From contig DASXMW010000029.1 of the NCBI GenBank assembly GCA_036495425.1, positions 802 to 64,801 on the forward strand: 64,000 nt of DNA. Reading direction: 5' to 3'. The notes under the pieces were generated by a model. The model searched no databases, was not told where the DNA came from, and saw nothing but the letters and a program-made list of their open reading frames with translations. The stretch comes from Streptosporangiaceae bacterium. Lineage in GTDB: Bacteria > Actinomycetota > Actinomycetes > Streptosporangiales > Streptosporangiaceae. A program made the position numbers and the translations under genes. This document shows, piece by piece, positions 37,406 to 48,015 of this stretch (position 1 is its first letter; each line of letters opens with the position of its first letter).

Positions 37406-38752
37406 TCAGTGGCCGTTCTCGAAGATGGTGGGGATGGCGGGGTCGCCCCGCGACAGCTGCCTGGCCTGGAGCGGCAGCTCCTCCAGCACCCGCCGGTGCC
37501 GTTCCCGCGCCGCCGACAGCGGCTCGCGCCCCACGATCTCCCCGTCACGGACCAGCGGCACCAGCAACGGCCGGTCGCCGGGGCCCAGGTCGGGCGGGGA
37601 CAGCCGGATCTCCTCGAACAGGGCGACGCCGTGTTCGTCCCGGTGCCGCTGGGCCCACTTGCGCCCCCCACGCCCCGGCTTGCCCACCGAACGCTTGGCC
37701 ACCGGGCGCAGCGGATTCCCCGGGCCCGCGGGTCCCAGGGAACGCGCGACCAGCTTGTAGACCAGCGACGCGGTCGCGGCCCCAGAGCCGATGACCAGAG
37801 CCGTGCCCACCCCGTAGCCGTCCACCGGCGCGGCGGCCAGGGCCGCGATCGAGTATTCGTCCAGGTCACCGGTCAGCGTGATGTGGGTGTTCTTGGCCCC
37901 CAGCTCGTCCAGCAGCTTGCGGACCTGATGGGCCACCACCGGCAGGTCGCCACTGTCGATGCGCACCGCGCCCAGGTCGGGCCCGGCCAGGTCCACCGCG
38001 GTGCGGACCGCGCGCGGCACGTCGAACGTGTCGACCAGGAGTGTCGTGCCGTGACCGAGGGTCTCCAGCTGGGTGGCGAAGGCGTGCCGCTCGTTGTCGT
38101 GCACCAGGGTGAACGCGTGCGCGGCCGTCCCGGCGGAGGGGACCCCGTACTGGCGGTGGGCCTGCAGGTTGGACGTGGACGAGAAGCCGGCCAGGTACGC
38201 GGCCCGGGCGGCGGCCACCGCGGCCATCTCGTGGGTGCGCCTGGAGCCCATCTCGATCAGCGGCCGGTCGCCGGCGGCGTTCGCCATCCGGGACGCGGCC
38301 GAGGCGATCGCGCAGTCGTGGTTGAGGATCGACAGCGTGATCGTCTCCAGGATGACCGCTTCGGCGAACGTGCCCTCGACCACGATGATGGGGGAGCCCG
38401 GGAAGTAGCAGTCTCCTTCGGCGTAGCCCCAGATGTTTCCGGTAAAACGGTATGATTGGAGGTACCGGAGCGTGACGTCGTCCACGATGTCGGAAGCCCG
38501 GAGGAATTCGAGATCAGCTGCGTCAAACCTGAACCGCTCAAGCGCGTCGAGCAGCCGCCCGGTACCTGCGACGACGCCATATCGTCGGCCGTGCGGCAGA
38601 TGCCGGGCGAACACCTCGAATATCGTGCGCCGCTCCGCTGCGCCGCTGTGCAGGGCGCCCTGGAGCATGGTCAGCTCGTAATGGTCGGTCAGCAACGCAG
38701 TGCTGGGCCCGCCATTGGGTAGGGAAGACTTGCTGTCCGCCGAATTCGTCAC
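37406..38752 (-). CDS. pncB: Nicotinate phosphoribosyltransferase
   Basis: LLTDHYELTMLQGAL...GTAAHAF...; start GTG 38752. Confidence 0.85.
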   Translation of the reverse strand: MTNSADSKSSLPNGGPSTALLTDHYELTMLQGALHSGAAERRTIFEVFARHLPHGRRYGVVAGTGRLLDALERFRFDAADLEFLRASDIVDDVTLRYLQSYRFTGNIWGYAEGDCYFPGSPIIVVEGTFAEAVILETITLSILNHDCAIASAASRMANAAGDRPLIEMGSRRTHEMAAVAAARAAYLAGFSSTSNLQAHRQYGVPSAGTAAHAFTLVHDNERHAFATQLETLGHGTTLLVDTFDVPRAVRTAVDLAGPDLGAVRIDSGDLPVVAHQVRKLLDELGAKNTHITLTGDLDEYSIAALAAAPVDGYGVGTALVIGSGAATASLVYKLVARSLGPAGPGNPLRPVAKRSVGKPGRGGRKWAQRHRDEHGVALFEEIRLSPPDLGPGDRPLLVPLVRDGEIVGREPLSAARERHRRVLEELPLQARQLSRGDPAIPTIFENGH

Positions 38753-38786
38753 GAGTGGAAGACTACGGACTGGGAGGTAGGCACCA

Positions 38787-39077
38787 GTGAGCGTGGCACC
38801 CTCTGAGGTGGAACTGCCGCAATCCGGCGAGCAGACCGCACCGGACAAGCCCTGGATCACGATCGTATGGAACGACCCGATCAACCTGATGGACTACGTC
38901 ACCTACGTGTTCCAGACGGTGTTCGGATACCCCAAGCCCAAGGCCAGGAAGCTCATGCTCGACGTACACCACAAGGGCCGCGCGGTCGTGGCCTCCGGAG
39001 CCCGTGAGTCCATGGAACACAACGCCGAGATCCTGCACGGCTACGGCCTGTGGGCCACGGTTTCCTCCGACTCCTAG
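38787..39077 (+). CDS. clpS: ATP-dependent Clp protease adaptor ClpS
   Basis: [26 protein letters not shown]...[16 protein letters not shown]. Confidence 0.9.
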   Translation: MSVAPSEVELPQSGEQTAPDKPWITIVWNDPINLMDYVTYVFQTVFGYPKPKARKLMLDVHHKGRAVVASGARESMEHNAEILHGYGLWATVSSDS

Positions 39078-39129
39078 CCCGCGGGACCCGGCTTCGAGGC
39101 CGGACCCAGACCAGGAAATTTAAACCCAC

Positions 39130-39780
39130 ATGGATGCTTTCCGCCGTTCGGGCGGCGGCGTGCGGACCAACTTCGACGCACCCGAGGCGACCCTGCTCCG
39201 CAGCCTGATCGAGCAGATCATGACCCTGCTCGACGAGGCCGAGGAAGGCCGCACCGACCCACCCGGCCAGGACGGCCTGGACCAGGACCCGCAGCGCACC
39301 CCGTCCTGGGACGCCGGTCCCGGTCACCCGGACACGGTCGCCGACGACAGCAGGCACGACATCCCCGGCGCCGCCGAACTGGACGCGATGCTGGGCTTCA
39401 GCCCGCGCACCCGGGCTCCGCTGGACCCGGCCCTGGCCCGGCTGCTGCCCGACGCCTATCGCGACGACCCGGACGCGGCCGGCGAGTTCCGCCGCTACAC
39501 CGAGCAGTCGCTGCGTTCGTCCAAACAGGAGACCGCGCGCACCGTGCTCGACACGCTGCCCGCGGACGGGGGCCCGGTCCGGCTGTCGTGGGAGCAGGCC
39601 CAGGCCTGGCTGCGGACCCTGAACGACGTCCGGCTCACGCTCGGCGTGCGGCTGGGCGTGACCGAGGAGTTCGAGGACGAGTGGCGCCAGCTGGACCCGC
39701 TCGAACCGCGGGCCACCGCGTTCGAGGTCTACGCCTGGCTCGGCGACGTCCAAGAGAGCCTGGTCCAGGCCCTCAGCTAG
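39130..39780 (+). CDS. DUF2017-like protein
   Basis: Conserved position after clpS; acidic protein, LLPDAYRDDPDAAGEFRRYTE. Confidence 0.65.
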   Translation: MDAFRRSGGGVRTNFDAPEATLLRSLIEQIMTLLDEAEEGRTDPPGQDGLDQDPQRTPSWDAGPGHPDTVADDSRHDIPGAAELDAMLGFSPRTRAPLDPALARLLPDAYRDDPDAAGEFRRYTEQSLRSSKQETARTVLDTLPADGGPVRLSWEQAQAWLRTLNDVRLTLGVRLGVTEEFEDEWRQLDPLEPRATAFEVYAWLGDVQESLVQALS

Positions 39781-39790
39781 GCTCGGCTCC

Positions 39791-40204
39791 ATGCTGTCGA
39801 TCCGCCGCGAGCTTCACGACAAGATCGTCGCGCACGCAAGGGCCGACCACCCCGACGAGGCGTGCGGGGTCATCGCCGGCCCGGCCGGCCGCGACCGGCC
39901 GGAACGGTTCATCCCGATGATGAACGCCGAGCGGTCCCCGACCTTCTACCGCTTCGACTCCATGGAGCAGTTCCAGGTGTGGAAGGAGATGGACGACCGG
40001 GACGAGGAGCCCATCGTCATCTACCACTCCCACACCGGCACCGAGGCCTACCCGTCGCGGACCGACATCTCCTACGCCAGCGAGCCCAACGCCCACTACG
40101 TGCTGGTCTCCACCCGGGAGCCGGATACCACCGACTTCCGCTCCTTCCGCATCACCGGCGATGTGGTCACCGAGGAGCCGGTGGAGATCACCGACGGGGC
40201 TTGA
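39791..40204 (+). CDS. mec: JAMM/MPN+ metalloprotease Mec (CysO C-terminal processing)
   Basis: E...HSHTGTEAYPSRTD JAMM motif; precedes cysO-cysM. Confidence 0.8.
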   Translation: MLSIRRELHDKIVAHARADHPDEACGVIAGPAGRDRPERFIPMMNAERSPTFYRFDSMEQFQVWKEMDDRDEEPIVIYHSHTGTEAYPSRTDISYASEPNAHYVLVSTREPDTTDFRSFRITGDVVTEEPVEITDGA

Positions 40205-40300
40205 CCGCCCGGCCGCGGTTCAGTGGAATGATCCCGGCGACCGCCGGGTTGGACGCTACGAGGCGCCCGCCTGCCCCACCCAATTCCTATGGAGTGTTTG

Positions 40301-41540
<1,240 letters not shown>

Positions 41541-41577
41541 TCCGGCGCGCCCGGCCCGGCCGCCCTATCCTGCTGGG

Positions 41578-42354
41578 ATGCGGCTGACCATCATCGGGTG
41601 TTCCGGCAGCTTTCCCGGCCCGGAAAGCCCCGCTTCCAGTTACCTGCTGGAGGCCGAAGGCTTCCGGCTCCTGCTCGACCTGGGCAGCGGCGCCCTCGGC
41701 GTGCTGCAACGGTACGCGGGCCTGTACAGCATCGACGCCGTGGCCCTGAGCCACCTGCACCCCGACCACTGCCTGGACATGTGCGGGTACTGGGTCGCCC
41801 GGCGGTACGCCCCGGGCGGCCCGAAGCCCGCCATTCCGGTCTACGCGCCGGAGCGGGCCGCCGAACGGCTGACCCTGGCCTACGGGCTCGAACCCGACCC
41901 CGGCCCAGGCATGACCGATGCCTTCACCTTCCACACGCTGACCCCGGGCACCCGGCGGATCGGCCCGTTCCAGGTCACCACCGAGCGGATGAGCCACCCG
42001 GTGGAGACGTACGGTTTCCGGATCGAGCACGGCGGCCGGGTGCTGGCCTACTCGGCCGACACCGGCCCCACCGAGGCCCTGGTCGGCCTGGCCCGCCACG
42101 CCGACCTGCTGCTGTGCGAGGCGACCTTCACCGACGGCCCGGATCTGCCGCCCGACCTGCACCTGACCGGCCGCCAGGCCGGTGAGCACGCGGCCCGGGC
42201 CGGGGCCCGGCACCTGGTGCTGACCCACATTTCCCCGGGCACCGACAAGCAGCGCTCGTTCGCCGAGGCCGAAGCGGTGTTCCCGGACCGGATCTCGCTG
42301 GCCGCCCCGGGCCAGGAGTTCGACCTGGCCCCGACCGGCGCCCTGCCCCTGTAA
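41578..42354 (+). CDS. MBL-fold metallo-hydrolase
   Basis: [11 protein letters not shown] motif; start ATG 41578. Confidence 0.8.
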   Translation: MRLTIIGCSGSFPGPESPASSYLLEAEGFRLLLDLGSGALGVLQRYAGLYSIDAVALSHLHPDHCLDMCGYWVARRYAPGGPKPAIPVYAPERAAERLTLAYGLEPDPGPGMTDAFTFHTLTPGTRRIGPFQVTTERMSHPVETYGFRIEHGGRVLAYSADTGPTEALVGLARHADLLLCEATFTDGPDLPPDLHLTGRQAGEHAARAGARHLVLTHISPGTDKQRSFAEAEAVFPDRISLAAPGQEFDLAPTGALPL

Positions 42355-42388
42355 TCCGGCTGCTGTGAACCTCGATAGTCTGGCGGGC

Positions 42389-43114
42389 ATGGCCCGACCC
42401 GACGGACGTTCCGCGACCCAACTGCGCCCGGTGAAGCTGACCCGGGGCTGGCTCGACCATGCCGAAGGCTCCGTACTGGTGGAGTTCGGCGGTACCCGCG
42501 TGCTGTGCGCGGCCAGCGTCCAGGAGGACGTGCCCCGCTGGCGGCGCGGCAGCGGGCTGGGCTGGGTCACCGCCGAGTACGCGATGCTGCCGCGGGCCAC
42601 CAACACCCGCAACGACCGCGAGTCGATCAAGGGCCGGGTCGGCGGGCGCACGCACGAGATCTCCCGGCTGGTCGGCCGGGCCCTGCGGGCCAGCGTGGAC
42701 TTCAAGGCCCTGGGCGAGAACACGATCGTGATCGACTGCGACGTGCTGCAGGCCGACGGCGGCACCCGCACCGCCGCGATCACCGGCGGCTACGTGGCCC
42801 TGGCCGACGCCGTGGAGTGGCTGCGCGGCCGCCACCGGCTGCCCGGTGACCCGCTGGTCACCTCGGTGGCCGCGGTCAGCGTCGGCATCGTGGACGGCGA
42901 GCCGCGGCTGGACCTGAACTACGCCGAGGACAGCGCGGCCGAGACCGACATGAACGTGGTCTGCACCGGCGACGGCGACTTCGTCGAGGTCCAGGGCACC
43001 GCCGAGCGCGAGCCGTTCAACCGGGACATGCTGAACCGGCTCCTGGATCTCGCCGTAGCCGGTTGCGGTGAGCTGACCAGCCTGCAGGTCGCCGCCCGCT
43101 CCTCGTCTGATTGA
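42389..43114 (+). CDS. rph: Ribonuclease PH
   Basis: [13 protein letters not shown]...[14 protein letters not shown]...[14 protein letters not shown]. Confidence 0.9.
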   Translation: MARPDGRSATQLRPVKLTRGWLDHAEGSVLVEFGGTRVLCAASVQEDVPRWRRGSGLGWVTAEYAMLPRATNTRNDRESIKGRVGGRTHEISRLVGRALRASVDFKALGENTIVIDCDVLQADGGTRTAAITGGYVALADAVEWLRGRHRLPGDPLVTSVAAVSVGIVDGEPRLDLNYAEDSAAETDMNVVCTGDGDFVEVQGTAEREPFNRDMLNRLLDLAVAGCGELTSLQVAARSSSD

Positions 43115-43129
43115 TATATCGAAGGTCAC

Positions 43130-43765
43130 GTGGTGACTCCATCGGGCCGGCTCGTGCTGGCCACGCACAATGCCGCCAAGCTGATCGAGTTGCGGCGGAT
43201 CCTGGCCGGGGCCGGCGTCCCGGTCACGCTTTCTGGCCTGGACGAGTTCCCCGGTGCCCCCGAGGTGGCCGAGACCGGCCTCACCTTCGCCGAGAACGCC
43301 CTGCTCAAGGCCAGGGCCATCGCGGCCTTCACCGGCCTGCCCGCGGTTTCCGACGACAGTGGCCTGTGCATCCAGGTCCTGAACGGCATGCCCGGCATCT
43401 TCTCGGCCCGCTGGGCCGGCCGCCACGGCGACGACGGCGCCAACCTGTCCCTGGTCCTGGCCCAGATCGCCGACATCGCCGAGCCCAACCGCGGCGCCCA
43501 CTTCACCTGCGCCGCCGCCCTGGCCCTGCCCGACGGCCGCGAAGGGGTCGCCGAGGGCCGCCTGGACGGCTCGCTGACCTACGCGCCCCGGGGGACCGGC
43601 GGCTTCGGCTACGACCCGATCTTCGTCCCCGAGGGGCTGTCGGTGACCACGGCCGAGATGACCCCGGAAGGCAAGGACGAGATCAGCCACCGCGGCCGCG
43701 CCTTCCGCGCCCTCGTCCCGGTCATCACGACCGAACTGGGCCTGGACCCCACCCCCAGCGCCTGA
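43130..43765 (+). CDS. rdgB: RdgB/HAM1 non-canonical purine NTP pyrophosphatase
   Basis: LVLATHNAAKLIELRRIL..., SDDSGLCIQVLNGMPGIFSARW, GFGYDPIF, SHRGRAF. Confidence 0.9.
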   Translation: MVTPSGRLVLATHNAAKLIELRRILAGAGVPVTLSGLDEFPGAPEVAETGLTFAENALLKARAIAAFTGLPAVSDDSGLCIQVLNGMPGIFSARWAGRHGDDGANLSLVLAQIADIAEPNRGAHFTCAAALALPDGREGVAEGRLDGSLTYAPRGTGGFGYDPIFVPEGLSVTTAEMTPEGKDEISHRGRAFRALVPVITTELGLDPTPSA

Positions 43766-43783
43766 CCCGCGCGACCCCAGGCA

Positions 43784-43835
43784 ACGCGATGGCGCCACTG
43801 CATCGGCTATAGCCGACCCAGTGGCGCCATCGCGT
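43784..43835. terminator. Hairpin with 17-bp perfect stem between convergent rdgB and lipoprotein genes; the loop itself contains palindrome CGGCTATAGCCG
   Basis: ACGCGATGGCGCCACTG / CAGTGGCGCCATCGCGT read directly. Confidence 0.55.
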
Positions 43836-43858
43836 AGGTTGCCGTCCCGGCTACCCGG

Positions 43859-44776
43859 CTACGAGGTGGTGCTGCCGGAGTTGGAGCCGCCCAGTTCGCT
43901 GGCGGGGACCGTGGCGGTCTGCGAGGACGGGGGCAGCGTCACGCTGACCGGTCGGTTGACCGAGGTCACGGTGACGGTGGAAGCCACCTGCTCGCTGGTG
44001 CCCTTGGCCGAGCTGATCACCTTGCGGACCTGCTGCTGGTCGTCCAGCCAGACCGTGAAGTGCTCGGTGGTCAGGCCCATGGCCCGCAGCTGCGACGCGA
44101 TCTTGGTGCGCGACGCGGCCGGGAGCTTGGACAGGCCCGCGGTGATCGGGTAGGTGCCGGTGTACTCGGTGGTCGGCACCCCGTTGATGGTGGCCGTGCC
44201 CACCTTCTTGACGTTGGTGGAGCTGGACAGCATCTGGGTCTGGACCAGCGGGTCGTTGCTGCCGTTCTGCAGCAGCTGACCGAGGCTGGCCCCGCCCAGC
44301 TGGGACAGGTCGGACCCGGGGATCTTGATCCACGGCTTGCCGGTCTGCCTGCTCAGCTGGGACAGCTTGAGCCAGATCCCGTTGCTGTTGATGATCTCCT
44401 GCATGCCGCCCTGGACCGGCTGGCCCTGCACGGTGACCGAGCTGAAGTCGGCCACGGCCAGCGGGGCCGGGCTGGTCTGCTGCTTCAGCGTGCCCGAGAT
44501 CGTGCTGCTCGCGGTGCCGCTGGTCCGCACGGTCACGTCGGCCGCGTAGGAGGTGGCCTTCTGCGCGTGCTGGGCCGCGTCCTTGATGGCCTGCGCCGCG
44601 GTCAGCGAGCCGCCCGCGGAGGACGCGCCCCCGGAGCTGGCCGACGCGGACGCGCCGCTCGAAGCCTTACCCGAGGCTGAGTTGCCCGACGACGAAGCCG
44701 AGCATCCAGCCACGGCGATGGCCCCGGCCGTGATCGCGATGGCTCCCAGTTGAGCCCCGCGCACACGTGACATCAT
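43859..44776 (-). CDS. Secreted lipoprotein (lipobox VAGC)
   Basis: MMSRVRGAQLGAIAITAGAIAVAGCSASSSG signal and lipobox; GGGAGG RBS before ATG 44776. Confidence 0.65.
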   Translation of the reverse strand: MMSRVRGAQLGAIAITAGAIAVAGCSASSSGNSASGKASSGASASASSGGASSAGGSLTAAQAIKDAAQHAQKATSYAADVTVRTSGTASSTISGTLKQQTSPAPLAVADFSSVTVQGQPVQGGMQEIINSNGIWLKLSQLSRQTGKPWIKIPGSDLSQLGGASLGQLLQNGSNDPLVQTQMLSSSTNVKKVGTATINGVPTTEYTGTYPITAGLSKLPAASRTKIASQLRAMGLTTEHFTVWLDDQQQVRKVISSAKGTSEQVASTVTVTSVNRPVSVTLPPSSQTATVPASELGGSNSGSTTS

Positions 44777-44937
44777 TCGTAACCTCCCGCCAGTGTTACG
44801 TTGCGGGCATTCCATACCCGAACCATCTGTATCAAACAATCTCGCCCGTCCCCGGCCGAACGACGTGGCCGTCACCAGGCTGTTAGGAGCGCTAACGTGG
44901 GAGCAGCATTTCCTCCGACGAGATCCAAGGAGCGCAC

Positions 44938-45411
44938 GTGACCGAGCAGCGGCTGGCCCCAGGCGACGAAGCCCCGGATTTCACGCTGCCGGACGCGGAC
45001 GGCAACCCGGTGAGCCTGTCGTCCTTCCGCGGCCAGCAGGTCATCGTCTACTTCTACCCGGCCGCCATGACGCCGGGCTGCACCAAGGAAGCCTGCGACT
45101 TCCGTGACCGCCAGCCCGACCTGGCCGGCGCGGGCACCGCGGTGCTGGGCATCTCCCCGGACAAGCCGGAGAAGCTGGCCAAGTTCCGCGACAAGGAGAA
45201 GCTGACGTTCCCGCTGCTGTCCGACCCGGACCACGCGGTGGAGAAGGCGTACGGCGTCTACGGCGAGAAGATGATGTACGGCAAGAAGAGCGTGGGCGTC
45301 ATCCGCTCCACGTTCGTCATCGACGCCGACGGCACGGTGGCCCAGGCGCTCTACGGGGTCAAGGCCACTGGGCACGTCGACCGGCTGCTGCGGGACCTGC
45401 TCCCCGGCTAG
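44938..45411 (+). CDS. bcp: Thioredoxin-dependent thiol peroxidase (Bcp peroxiredoxin)
   Basis: APDFTLPDADGNPVSLSSFRGQQVIVYFYPAAMTPGCTKEACDFRD. Confidence 0.9.
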   Translation: MTEQRLAPGDEAPDFTLPDADGNPVSLSSFRGQQVIVYFYPAAMTPGCTKEACDFRDRQPDLAGAGTAVLGISPDKPEKLAKFRDKEKLTFPLLSDPDHAVEKAYGVYGEKMMYGKKSVGVIRSTFVIDADGTVAQALYGVKATGHVDRLLRDLLPG

Positions 45412-45417
45412 ACCCCC

Positions 45418-45501
45418 GCGGGCGTGGCGAAATAGGTATACGCGCCAGGTTTAGGTCCTGGTGGTGGCGACACCGTGGGGGTTCGAGTCCCCCCGCCCGC
45501 A
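45418..45501 (+). tRNA. tRNA-Leu (anticodon UAG), class II with long variable arm
   Basis: Hand-folded: acceptor GCGGGCG/CGCCCGC, D arm GCG-AAATAGGTATA-CGC, anticodon arm CCAGG-TTTAGGT-CCTGG, variable arm GGTG-GCGA-CACC, T arm GGGGG-TTCGAGT-CCCCC; CCA not encoded. Confidence 0.9.
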
Positions 45502-45630
45502 CCTCACCCGATGCTGATCACCCAGTGCTGACGGCGACCAGCCCGCTCAGGATCACGTCGATCTCCCAGCCCCGCGGCCTGGCCATCACCGCCCTGGCCA
45601 CCGCCACCCTGCTCGCCGTGGCCGCCACCC

Positions 45631-46056
45631 TTACCCTCCTGCTGCCGGGTGGCGACCGGAAATCACCTCAGCGCGCACGTCGCTGAGCTCACCGAAACCG
45701 GCGCTGGCGTCGGTGGTGAGCAGAACACGGTTCGTCGCGGCCGCGGTGGCGGCGATCATCATGTCGTAGGCGGATCGTGGCCGGCCTTTGGACATCGCCT
45801 CCACGGCCAGCTGCGCGTGGATCCGGGCCACGGCCAGATCATAGGGCTCGATAGACAGGCTGGAGAGCAGTGCCTCCACGTGTATGGCGCGGGCCGTTTT
45901 GTGAGCGGCGTCGGCTCGCTCGACCCCGACCAGCAGCTCCATCGCCGTGATGGTGGCGACGGCGGCGTCATCCGCACCCAGCACGGCGTCGATGTCCAGC
46001 TTGCCGCGCTCGATCGAGATGAGGACACCGGTGTCCAGGATTACTCGCCGCGCCAT
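45631..46056 (-). CDS. vapC: VapC-type PIN-domain toxin
   Basis: ILDTGVLI (first acidic residue), ITAMELLVG, MMIAATAAATNRVLLTTD; 16-nt overlap with upstream antitoxin. Confidence 0.8.
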   Translation of the reverse strand: MARRVILDTGVLISIERGKLDIDAVLGADDAAVATITAMELLVGVERADAAHKTARAIHVEALLSSLSIEPYDLAVARIHAQLAVEAMSKGRPRSAYDMMIAATAAATNRVLLTTDASAGFGELSDVRAEVISGRHPAAGG

Positions 46057-46304
46057 CCGCGCACCTCATCGCTGAACGCGGAGCGCAGCCTGGCGTGCGC
46101 TTCTTCCAGGTCGTCCGCAAAGCCATCGTCGGCCGGGTGTTCCCGCAGCGCGTCCTTCAGACGGTCGGCTGATGTGCGGCGCTCCGGGGCGAGGCGTCCG
46201 ACTGGAACCCCGTCCCGGGTGACCACAACCGTCTCACCGTGCTCGACCGCATCCAGCAAGCTGGCGAAGTTCCGCGCCGCCTGCGTGGCCGTGACCGTGA
46301 TCAT
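46041..46304 (-). CDS. Type II antitoxin (Phd/YefM- or VapB-like)
   Basis: MITVTATQAARNFASLLDAVEHGETVVVTRDGVPVGRLAP. Confidence 0.7.
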   Translation of the reverse strand: MITVTATQAARNFASLLDAVEHGETVVVTRDGVPVGRLAPERRTSADRLKDALREHPADDGFADDLEEAHARLRSAFSDEVRGWRGE

Positions 46305-46345
46305 GGATACAGATTATCAGACTTAGTACACATATACGTAACACC

Positions 46346-46365
46346 GCAGGCCGAATACGGTCTGC
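46346..46365 (-). terminator. Short hairpin (GCAGACCG-UAUU-CGGCCUGC on minus RNA) after the last gene of the hydrogenase operon
   Basis: Read directly; followed by a U-containing but not U-rich tract, so weak. Confidence 0.3.
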
Positions 46366-46381
46366 AGAGTTCCGCTCCGCG

Positions 46382-46486
46382 TCACATCGAGCGGAGCTTG
46401 AGGTAGCGCTTGACGTCGGGGAGGGTGACGATGACGGCCGCCACGACCAGGGCGGCCAGGATGGCGATGAATACTTTGCCGATCAT
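46382..46486 (-). CDS. 34-aa single-TM peptide at the end of the hydrogenase operon
   Basis: MIGKVFIAILAALVVAAVIVTLPDVKRYLKLRSM; its ATG overlaps upstream stop (ATGA). Confidence 0.5.
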   Translation of the reverse strand: MIGKVFIAILAALVVAAVIVTLPDVKRYLKLRSM

Positions 46487-48015
46487 GGGGGGTCCTCTCC
46501 GAGCGGCTCGAGTTCGTCCGGCGCGAAGTACAGGAAGCGGCCCTGGGCTCGCTGCAGGTCGGCCATGGGGTCGGCCACCGGGGTGACGGCCACGTGGACC
46601 TGGCCGTCGACGTCCTGGAGGACGGCTTCGACCAGGGCTTCGCGGCCGATCAGGAACAGGTCCTGGGCGTCGGCGCGGCGGGCGCCGGGGCGCATCCGCA
46701 CCTTGCTGCCGCGGGCCACCGGGACGCCCTCGATCAGGACCTGGTCGGTCTCGGGGGACACCGAGGCGTCGGAGCCCGGGTCCCACCAGGGCACGTCGGG
46801 GGTATGGAACACCGGGACCTCGTCCGCGGCCGGGGCCGCCGGGAACGGGCCGAATGCCGCCGGGCCGGAGGCCGCCGGGCTGGTAACCGGCGAGCCGGGC
46901 GCCGGCGGGCCGGGCGCCGGGGCCGAGGTGGACACCGGGCCCGCGCCGGGCTCCAGGTAGCGGATCGCCCCGTGCAGGCGCTCCAGCATCTCCGGCGGCA
47001 GCCCGTCCAGCCGGTCGATCAGGTCGGCGGCGCGCGGGTCGGTGGCCCGGGCCTCCCGTTTCTCCTCGTCGGTCAGGGCCATCGTGCGCAGGGTGAGGAT
47101 CTCGTCGATCTCGGTGGCGTCGAACAGGTCACCCGCGCTCTCGGGGGCGATCTGCGGGTGGTCGTAGAGGATGACCGGCGAGGACAGCATCAGGTCCCGG
47201 CAGTCATCCGGGCCGGCCAGCACCGGCCAGGTGCCCTCGTTGCGGCAGGCCGCAGCCTCGGTCGCGGCCCACTCGGGGTGGTCGGTCATGGAGATGAACG
47301 ACCCGCCCGGCAGGCCGATCAGCGCGTGCGCCGCGACCAGGGCGTAGCGCAGCCCGTCCTCCCGGCCAGCCAGGGGCGACCCGGGTGAGGTGTGGTTCTC
47401 GATCCGCAGCCGCAGCTTCAGGGCCTGGTACGGGCCGGCCACCCGCTCGGCCCGGAGGCGCAGCACCCCGTCCAGTGCCTCCCAGCGGTGCACCAGCCGC
47501 CCGGCCAGCGTGCCGTCGGCGCCGGCCAGGTCGTCGACCGACGAGCCCGCGTCGATGTGGAAGGGAACCGCCACCCCGTCCCCGGCCAGCTCGGCCCCGG
47601 TCAGTTCGGTCAGGGCCAGGTCGGCCTGCTGCTCGCGCTCGGTGGCCTCGGTGAACCGGGTGTACTCGGTGCCGTCCACGGTCAGCGACGGCACCTCGGC
47701 CCACCCGGTGGCGTCCTGGGGCCGGCCCGCCGGGTGCGCGGGCGCCTGCTGCACGGCCCGCTGCTGGACGTGCAGGAACCGGACCAGGACCTGGACCCGG
47801 GTGTCGTCGCGGGCCTCGGCCAGGCACTCGGTCTGGGACGCCGACGGCTCGCAGTCGTCCAGGGCCGCGTAGGCGGGCGGCATCAGCACGCCGAACTGGA
47901 ACCGGGCCTGGTTCTTGGCCGATGACTGCCGGTACGGGTACAGCAGGTAGCCCTCGTACAAGATCGCGTCGGCCACCCCGCGCGCCTGGGCGGCGTGCGG
48001 CGAGCTGAGCGTCAC
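46483..48015 (-). CDS. Conserved hydrogenase-cluster protein of unknown function (510 aa)
   Basis: GTGA overlap with upstream gene; good coding bias; ADAILYEGYLLYPYRQSSAKNQARFQFGVLMPP N-terminus; Pro/Ala-rich linker then C-terminal beta-rich domain. Confidence 0.6.
   Translation of the reverse strand: MTLSSPHAAQARGVADAILYEGYLLYPYRQSSAKNQARFQFGVLMPPAYAALDDCEPSASQTECLAEARDDTRVQVLVRFLHVQQRAVQQAPAHPAGRPQDATGWAEVPSLTVDGTEYTRFTEATEREQQADLALTELTGAELAGDGVAVPFHIDAGSSVDDLAGADGTLAGRLVHRWEALDGVLRLRAERVAGPYQALKLRLRIENHTSPGSPLAGREDGLRYALVAAHALIGLPGGSFISMTDHPEWAATEAAACRNEGTWPVLAGPDDCRDLMLSSPVILYDHPQIAPESAGDLFDATEIDEILTLRTMALTDEEKREARATDPRAADLIDRLDGLPPEMLERLHGAIRYLEPGAGPVSTSAPAPGPPAPGSPVTSPAASGPAAFGPFPAAPAADEVPVFHTPDVPWWDPGSDASVSPETDQVLIEGVPVARGSKVRMRPGARRADAQDLFLIGREALVEAVLQDVDGQVHVAVTPVADPMADLQRAQGRFLYFAPDELEPLGEDPP

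Noticed and set aside
42128-43798. 556-aa minus-strand ORF across rph and rdgB
   Set aside because: It is antisense to two unmistakable housekeeping genes and has low-complexity Gly/Arg/Ala composition.
45502-45630. Integrase or att repeat next to tRNA-Leu
   Set aside because: There is no integrase-like ORF between the tRNA and vapC, and I did not spot a second copy of the tRNA 3' end in the window. The island hypothesis is therefore kept only as a moderate-interest inference.
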